From Candidatus Poribacteria bacterium (lineage in GTDB: Bacteria; Poribacteria; WGA-4E; WGA-3G): a DNA stretch of 64,000 nt. Position numbers and translations under genes: made by a program. This document shows, one piece after another, positions 57,678 through 64,000 of this stretch; the first letter of the stretch is position 1; every line of letters starts with the position of its first letter. The notes under the pieces were generated by a model. That model was not told where the DNA came from. It did no database searches and was given only the letters and a program-made list of their open reading frames with translations. The stretch is from positions 1-64,000 of the forward strand of contig CBDBFU010000015.1 of the NCBI GenBank assembly GCA_965205025.1. The letters run 5' to 3'.

Positions 57678-57838
57678 TGAGATAAGTTTATTTTTATGTT
57701 AGTTTGAGTTGTCTGAATCACGGATTTCACGGATTACGCGGATAAGAGTGTTGGATATTCAGTTTCACCGTGAATTAGAATTGTCCAAACTATTGTAATT
57801 AATAGATAGAATAGACATGTGTTCTGCAGGAAGGAAGA

Positions 57839-59206
57839 TTACCTTGTTAGATTGATTGCTTTATTGAATTTCTGTTTAGCGAATTGTCCCCATTCTTTGA
57901 TTTTATCATTACGGAAAATAGGATTTTTCCAATCTGATTGGGCAATTTTCATTGCCTCCTCTTCCGTGAGAGGCATTTCGACTAAGGCATTAATTGCAGC
58001 TTCTCGTTTAGTGTTGTCTTTACATTTTTGTATTGTTTTCCATGCTGCAACAAGATCCTTATGAGAATCAATAATTAATACTCCGAATAGGTCATTAACT
58101 ATATCCCAACGTGTGCTTCCCTTGTTTGCGTTATAAGGAAAAGGTTTAATTTTCAGGGCAAAGGGATTAGTGACAACACATCGATCCCCTAATTTTTCAT
58201 ATAGTGCCGGTAGTATACTTGCTCGGTTCAATCCACCTTTCCACTGTGGTCCTTCTGGATCGGTATCCCTTAACATCCATAATTTCTGTGCATTTTCTGA
58301 TAGAACAAATTCAATAAACTTTTGAGCTACTTCAATATTCGGTGCTCCTTTTAATATTGCAATGGAATCAGGATTTACGACTGCCCCATCGGATGGTAGA
58401 ACATACTTTATTATATCTGATCCAACAGCAGCAATTTGGCTGTAGGCATAAAAGTCAATAGCTAATCCATAAATGACTTGCCCAGCCGCGACATCTCTTG
58501 GAATGACATTTGCTCCAGCGGAGAAATTCTTTACGTTACCACCAAGTCGTGTTAATAATGCAAAACCATTATCCCATCCGCGTGTCTGCAGAATAATCTC
58601 GTACATCATATGTGCACTTCCACTCTCTCGTGGGTCTGCTGCACCAATTTTACCAATTAGTGCTATATCTCCTAAGTCATCCCATGTTTTCGTTTCAGGT
58701 AAACGTCTTAATTGCCGTAATTTCTCATTATACATGATCCCAAAACTTGACAATGCAGCACCATACCAATGGTATTCAGAATCATAGACAGGAATCCCAT
58801 GGTATGATTGAGGAATCTGTTCTAATTGTGTATTTGGTAATTTGTAAGAAGATAATAGATTATTTTCTGCTAATCTTAAATAACTGTCAGTGCCGCCACC
58901 GAAAAAAATATCAACCCCAATCCCGTCAGGTAATCTTTTAAACTCAGAGTCTATATATCGATAATTGGATGAAGTACCGCCAAGGTCTCTCCAATTTGTT
59001 TTCACAGGACGTCCAGTTTGCTCTTCATACCATTTCTCAAAATTAGTTGCAAATTCGTTCTCAATACCTTCATGATGTGGTGAAATTATTATAAGTTGAT
59101 CCTGTGCATATACGGTACCAAGTAGGGTTGAGTATCCTAATAATAAGCCACAAGAAATGGTTAAAATTGTTTTTATTGTATACCGTATAAGATGAAGATT
59201 TCCCAT
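57839..59206 (-). CDS. ABC transporter extracellular solute-binding protein (family 1-like)
   Basis: signal peptide, IISPH, DIFFGGG, ADPRESGS, NPDSIAILKGAP. Confidence 0.88.
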   Translation of the reverse strand: MGNLHLIRYTIKTILTISCGLLLGYSTLLGTVYAQDQLIIISPHHEGIENEFATNFEKWYEEQTGRPVKTNWRDLGGTSSNYRYIDSEFKRLPDGIGVDIFFGGGTDSYLRLAENNLLSSYKLPNTQLEQIPQSYHGIPVYDSEYHWYGAALSSFGIMYNEKLRQLRRLPETKTWDDLGDIALIGKIGAADPRESGSAHMMYEIILQTRGWDNGFALLTRLGGNVKNFSAGANVIPRDVAAGQVIYGLAIDFYAYSQIAAVGSDIIKYVLPSDGAVVNPDSIAILKGAPNIEVAQKFIEFVLSENAQKLWMLRDTDPEGPQWKGGLNRASILPALYEKLGDRCVVTNPFALKIKPFPYNANKGSTRWDIVNDLFGVLIIDSHKDLVAAWKTIQKCKDNTKREAAINALVEMPLTEEEAMKIAQSDWKNPIFRNDKIKEWGQFAKQKFNKAINLTR

Positions 59207-59442
59207 TTAATGTTTTTCTCCTATATTATAATCCATAGGTCTTAATCAAATAATCATTCGCATATCTAAGTCTTAAATGAATGCTACGATATCCCGCATT
59301 TTCCATACTAATATTATGATGACTACAAGTAGAATTATATAAAAGACTAACATAGATTTAATCTGTTTTCTTTTGAAGAGCATACGTGATGGTTTCTTCT
59401 GTCGCATTATCACTACCTATAAGTATCATTGGAATATTATGA

Positions 59443-59579
59443 GTCTATCTCATAAATCACATAATTTGATAGTTCTTTAATCTTACCATGTACTTTATAT
59501 TGAAACCACAGACGGGGAGACCCCGTCCCTACGAAGAGTAATTATATCGTTGTGAATGATTCATATTTATGAGATACAC
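59443..59579. mobile_element. MITE-like element with an internal REP-like palindrome
   Basis: Inverted ends GTCTATCTCATAAAT / ATTTATGAGATACAC; internal GACGGGGAGACCCCGTCCCTAC. Confidence 0.6.
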
Positions 59580-59740
59580 TATAGATAAATAATGTGCCAT
59601 GATAGCACACACAATCATGAGTTGTCAAACCTATTGGGTGTATAACCACTTTTAATGTATTTAATTTCAATTTACTGTATACTGTTACAAATCAAGGTTA
59701 AAATTGTGATTATCACAAATTACCAAACGAGAGGTGTCAT

Positions 59741-60637
59741 ATGATAAGACTATACACTTGGAAACATCTTGCAATTGCAGTAATTTTGACCTTTGCATTA
59801 TGTATGGGTATCTTGTCCTTAAGTAAATGGGATGTCAATAGATTTACAAATTCATTAGAAAAGGTAGATCCGAATTCATTAAACCAACATGAACGAATTA
59901 GTAATCAACCTAAAGACAATCCTAAGGATAATCCTATACTTACGAATACGACAGAAAGAATAGAGGAATCTGAAACAGTTGATTTCGATGAAAGTAATAC
60001 TGAATCTGAAGAGATAGTTAATGAGACTTTAGAGGATGATTTATTTGATGAAACTTCCAATAATCTGGAAGATCAAGAAGCTGCGTTTGATGAATTCTTG
60101 GCTTATCTTGATGAACTTGAACAGAAGGAATTTGACGCACTTCTTGAGAATCTTGAAATTGCAGATGTTGGTGAAAAAGGAGTAAATACAGAGACAGAGG
60201 AAGAATCGGAAGAGTTAGGAGCTGTAGTAGATCAAGAATCTGAAGAAGAACAAGAAGAAGTGGATGATGATATTGAAGACGTTAATCCAAGTAGAATGGT
60301 TGTTGATATGATCGAATCTGGTGTTGCCTCCCTTGACAGTCTAATTTACCTTATGGAAGAATCTTCAGAAAGTATGCCAGAAGTAGTTAGAGATAGGTTT
60401 GAACCTGTATTAGGAACACTTCGCATTATGCAGGAGAATGGTGGTCGTGTTGTAGTTCACCGTCCATCCCAGGATCCAAGTGACTGGATGTTATTATTTA
60501 TCAATCCAAGTCGTACTTCCCGTTCTCCAAGATTTCCAATTAGATCACGTGGGGATGGTAGGGTTGAGTTTGTTCCAGTTAACCCAAGAGATAGATATAT
60601 TATAATTGATGAAAGAAATTCTACTATTATTGATTAG
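59741..60637 (+). CDS. highly acidic membrane-anchored hypothetical protein
   Basis: N-terminal TM helix, long D/E-rich linker, compact C-terminal domain; RBS GAGGTG. Confidence 0.7.
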   Translation: MIRLYTWKHLAIAVILTFALCMGILSLSKWDVNRFTNSLEKVDPNSLNQHERISNQPKDNPKDNPILTNTTERIEESETVDFDESNTESEEIVNETLEDDLFDETSNNLEDQEAAFDEFLAYLDELEQKEFDALLENLEIADVGEKGVNTETEEESEELGAVVDQESEEEQEEVDDDIEDVNPSRMVVDMIESGVASLDSLIYLMEESSESMPEVVRDRFEPVLGTLRIMQENGGRVVVHRPSQDPSDWMLLFINPSRTSRSPRFPIRSRGDGRVEFVPVNPRDRYIIIDERNSTIID

Positions 60638-60756
60638 CAATCATAAAATGGTAAATAGGGATCTCGTATTTGTTCTTGAGTCTACAATGTAGGTTTCTAA
60701 TGTAACACTATAATCCCACCAATTACACTTAACTTTAAGAGAGAATACTATTTATA

Positions 60757-62784
60757 ATGGAACTTGGAAAAACCTTCACCAATTCAATTGGTATGCAGTT
60801 CGCAAAAGTAGAAGCGGGTAGCTTCATGATGGGTTCAGAAAAAGCTAACCTACCCGATGAAATTATAGCAGAGAAAGAATACCTGCGTGATGGGGATTGG
60901 GATGAAAACCCAGTACACGAAGTAACAATCAGCAAACCTTTTTATGTTGGTATCTATCAGGTAACTAACCTTCAATATGAGGAATTCCAACTTGAACACA
61001 GAGATATACGAGGAAAGTTTGGATTCTCTAAGGAAGATGATGAAGCAGTGGTATTTGTAGATTGGAATGATGCCCATAATTTCTGCAAATGGTTATCTGA
61101 AAAAGAGGGTAAATCCTACCGATTACCTACAGAAGCGGAATGGGAGTATGTATGTAGAGCAGGAACAACCACTCATTTTCATACAGGAGATACATTACCG
61201 ATAGAGTTTCATAAGAACATAGGTGAGAGTTGGTATCCTGATAATGCACGTAGTCGTGGGGCAGAGGAAATTATGCCATTGCATGTAGGGAAGACAACAC
61301 CTAATGCTTGGGGTATATATGACATGCATGGAAATGTTGAAGAATGGTGTCAAGATTGGTACGGACCGTATGAATCAGAGTCTCAAGTAGATCCGGTTGG
61401 TCGAGATGAAGGTCTATATCGTGTTACTCGTGGAGGTAGTCATTCAACATTGATCTGTTATTTACGTTCTGCAAATCGGATGGGTGCAGTACCGGAAGAT
61501 AAAAGTTGGTATATTGGTTTTAGGGTAGTCTGTGGAGAGATGTCTGAGACCTCAACCACCTTGTCAGCTACAAGAGTAGGTTCATGGGGATTAAACGTAA
61601 AACAGGAGGATGTTACGACGAACACCACTCAGAATGATCCAGATATACCGTATTTTGAAGAGCCAATTCCATTTGTAAGAATTCCTGATGGTTCTAATGG
61701 ACCGCTTTTTTCATCCCATAACCATGTACCTGCAATTGTTGAGTGTCCTAATGGAGATATGTTTGCAGCCTGGTATTCATGTGTAACTGAACGTGGTCGG
61801 GAGTTAACATTGGCAGCGAGTCGTTTACGTCATGGTGAATCTGAATGGGAGGAAGCAGAACCGTTTTGGGGTCCACCGGATAGAAACAATCATGCAACCT
61901 CGCTTTGGCGTAATGAGAAGGGACGTATCTATCATTTTAATGGTCTTTCAGCCGCAGCGACATGGGGACCTTTAGCACTAATTATGCGGTATTCAGATGA
62001 TAATTGTGCTACTTGGTCAAAACCACGGTTTATCTCTCCAGAGCATCAACTACGTCATATGCCTATTGCTTCTGTTTTTCGTAGACAGGACGGTTCGGTA
62101 CTACTTGCTTGTGATGCAGTAACAGGTGGAAATGGGGGTACTGCCATTTGGATTAGTGAAGATGATGGCGAAACTTGGCATGATCCAGGTGCAGGACAAC
62201 CTATACCCGATTTTGCTGCTGGTAATAGTGGGGGATGGATTGCAGGAATCCATGCAGCTGTTGTGGAATTATCGGATGGACGACTGATGGCGTTTGGTAG
62301 GGGTGATACGATAGATGAAAGGATGCCTAAAAGTATATCTGATGATGGTGGGAAAACATGGCAATACAGTGCAAGTCAATTTCCACCTGTATCTGGTGGT
62401 CAGAGATGTGCATTTTTGAGGTTACAGGAAGGTCCGATCTTACTCATTAGTTTTACAGGGAGTAGAAAAACTCCTGAAAGCATGCCTATAGTTGATGAAT
62501 CTGGAAATGAACGACTTGTGATAGGTATGTTTAGTGCTCTTTCTTATGATGATGGAGATACTTGGTCTCATATTCGTCTCATTACGGACGATGGACCTGA
62601 CCGAGAAATTGAAACTATGGATGGCCGTCCATTTGTTATGGGTCTTAATACTGCTGAACCGGGTGGGTATCTCGCTATGTGTCAAGGACAAAATGGAATC
62701 ATTCACTTAATTAGTAGTAAACAGCATTACCGTTTTAACTATGCTTGGTTAACAGAATCACCACCATCTAAAGTGAGGAAATAA
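60757..62784 (+). CDS. SUMF1/FGE-sulfatase-fold domain fused to a BNR/sialidase-like domain
   Basis: RLPTEAEWEY, PNAWGIYDMHGNVEEW, IGFRVV; Asp-boxes SDDNCATW, SEDDGETW, SDDGGKTW, SYDDGDTW. Confidence 0.9.
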   Translation: MELGKTFTNSIGMQFAKVEAGSFMMGSEKANLPDEIIAEKEYLRDGDWDENPVHEVTISKPFYVGIYQVTNLQYEEFQLEHRDIRGKFGFSKEDDEAVVFVDWNDAHNFCKWLSEKEGKSYRLPTEAEWEYVCRAGTTTHFHTGDTLPIEFHKNIGESWYPDNARSRGAEEIMPLHVGKTTPNAWGIYDMHGNVEEWCQDWYGPYESESQVDPVGRDEGLYRVTRGGSHSTLICYLRSANRMGAVPEDKSWYIGFRVVCGEMSETSTTLSATRVGSWGLNVKQEDVTTNTTQNDPDIPYFEEPIPFVRIPDGSNGPLFSSHNHVPAIVECPNGDMFAAWYSCVTERGRELTLAASRLRHGESEWEEAEPFWGPPDRNNHATSLWRNEKGRIYHFNGLSAAATWGPLALIMRYSDDNCATWSKPRFISPEHQLRHMPIASVFRRQDGSVLLACDAVTGGNGGTAIWISEDDGETWHDPGAGQPIPDFAAGNSGGWIAGIHAAVVELSDGRLMAFGRGDTIDERMPKSISDDGGKTWQYSASQFPPVSGGQRCAFLRLQEGPILLISFTGSRKTPESMPIVDESGNERLVIGMFSALSYDDGDTWSHIRLITDDGPDREIETMDGRPFVMGLNTAEPGGYLAMCQGQNGIIHLISSKQHYRFNYAWLTESPPSKVRK

Positions 62785-62785
62785 T

Positions 62786-63676
62786 ATGAAACTTCCTTTT
62801 TTGGAACAGGAAATAGATGTAGGAACAGATTTACGAGAGAGTAATGACATCTTGCATAATCCTTTGGCATTGAAGGAAAGGATGTATGAAGATGGTTACC
62901 TCTTAATTCGAGAATTACATGATAAGGATGAAGTTCTTGCAGCCCGTAAGGTAATATTAGAAAAATTAGATAGTAAAGGGATGCTTCTACCTGATGCACC
63001 ACTAATGGATGGTATTTACAATCCTGAATATCCTGAACCAACTTCCACAGGTTCCATGGGGAATAAACATCTCACGAAACTACCTGAATTCAAAGCAGTG
63101 GTTGAGGGTGAACCTGTAATAAGTTTTTTTAAAGATTTTCTTGGAGGGGAAGCACGTACCTTTGATTTTAAGTGGTTACGTACTGCTGGTCCAGGTTCAG
63201 GTTCTCATATACATTATGACATAGTATTTATGGGAAGGGGTACACAAGATTTATATAGTTGTTGGACTCCTTTCGGTGATGTTTCGTTGGATATGGGACC
63301 GATAGTGTTTTGTCTCGGATCTAATCGATTTGACAAGGTTAGAAAGACGTATGGTCAATCTGATGTTGACCGTGACCTAATTGAGGGTCATTTTAGTCAT
63401 AAACCCCTTGAAGTAATAGAGAATTTCGGAGGGTATTGGGCTACAACATCATTTTCTGCTGGTGATGTCATTATCTTTAGCATGTTTTTGATGCATGCTT
63501 CACTGGTTAACACTTCAGATAAAATAAGGATTACAGCGGATACACGTTATCAACTGGCATCTGAACCAATTGACGAACGATGGATTGGAGAGAATCCAAA
63601 GGGTCACTATTCTTGGAAACAGAAGGATGCGAAAATTGAGCCATTAGAAGAATCCCGACGAAGATGGGGTATATAA
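62786..63676 (+). CDS. PhyH-family Fe/2OG dioxygenase
   Basis: IHYD, LMHAS, DTRYQ. Confidence 0.9.
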   Translation: MKLPFLEQEIDVGTDLRESNDILHNPLALKERMYEDGYLLIRELHDKDEVLAARKVILEKLDSKGMLLPDAPLMDGIYNPEYPEPTSTGSMGNKHLTKLPEFKAVVEGEPVISFFKDFLGGEARTFDFKWLRTAGPGSGSHIHYDIVFMGRGTQDLYSCWTPFGDVSLDMGPIVFCLGSNRFDKVRKTYGQSDVDRDLIEGHFSHKPLEVIENFGGYWATTSFSAGDVIIFSMFLMHASLVNTSDKIRITADTRYQLASEPIDERWIGENPKGHYSWKQKDAKIEPLEESRRRWGI

Positions 63677-63897
63677 TTGAGTGAATGTAAGGATAGTCGT
63701 TGTGAATGATAATGCAGATGAAGACGAGATTGAACTTCTTGAGCAAGCAGATATTGTGGTATTAGAAGATTGCCTAAGCATATATAGATGAGTTTTACCG
63801 TCTGAAGTGGACCTTTCTCCAAGAGATAATAAAGATATTGTTGTAGATAACAGAATTATAGTATTTACCGATGGTTCTCTTCCATCCGAACAAATTT

Positions 63898-64000
63898 ATG
63901 AATCAAGATCCAAATTTTAGTGAATCTGCTGCACCATCGAAATCACGGAAATCACGAATTGTTCCTTTCTGCGTATTAATAATTATTGCCGTGGCAATAG
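63898..64000 (+). CDS. start of a membrane/secreted protein, truncated by the window end
   Basis: MNQDPNFSESAAPSKSRKSRIVPFCVLIIIAVAI open to the end. Confidence 0.5.
   Translation, partial: MNQDPNFSESAAPSKSRKSRIVPFCVLIIIAVAI

Larger units (their letters stand above)
57431..57745. mobile_element. host MITE-like element (same family as 16165-16346) interrupted by a second element
   Basis: With 57456-57685 removed, the sequence aligns to the reverse complement of 16263-16346. Confidence 0.7.

Noticed and set aside
63681-63920. 80-codon frame with one internal TGA (63789-63791) as a second selenoprotein
   Set aside because: No CxxU/UxxC context, no clear SECIS hairpin and no recognisable family; may be a pseudogene or non-coding

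Overview
A low-GC bacterial chromosomal window. Gene content points to Candidatus Poribacteria, a sponge symbiont; this is an inference from the ECF sigma-WD40 fusion, five PhyH-family dioxygenases, tandem sulfatases, TPR proteins and an archaeal-type pantoate kinase. 1-13 kb holds metabolic genes (xanthine dehydrogenase-family operon, oxidoreductases) with many single-base frameshifts and decayed gene remnants. 13-27 kb is an accessory/defence island: a DUF3179 selenoprotein, a MITE-disrupted higB with a HigA-TPR fusion, an IS630-disrupted TPR gene, DUF2971, a thermonuclease, a Type ISP-like/IIG R-M enzyme, three unknown genes and a Fic protein. 28-64 kb is mostly intact metabolism (M42 peptidase, tgt, pantoate kinase, sulfatases, phosphohexomutase, ATP-grasp/alpha-E/transglutaminase operon). 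The best leads are (i) two tandem PhyH enzymes with halogenase-type HxG/HxA iron motifs, (ii) a UxxC selenoprotein with a SECIS-like hairpin and a collagen-like insert, fused in frame to HigA-TPR, (iii) nested MITEs carrying covarying REP-like doublets, and (iv) repeated inactivation of toxin genes while their partner genes remain. No rRNA, tRNA or CRISPR array was recognised. All family assignments come from motif recognition by eye, not database searches.
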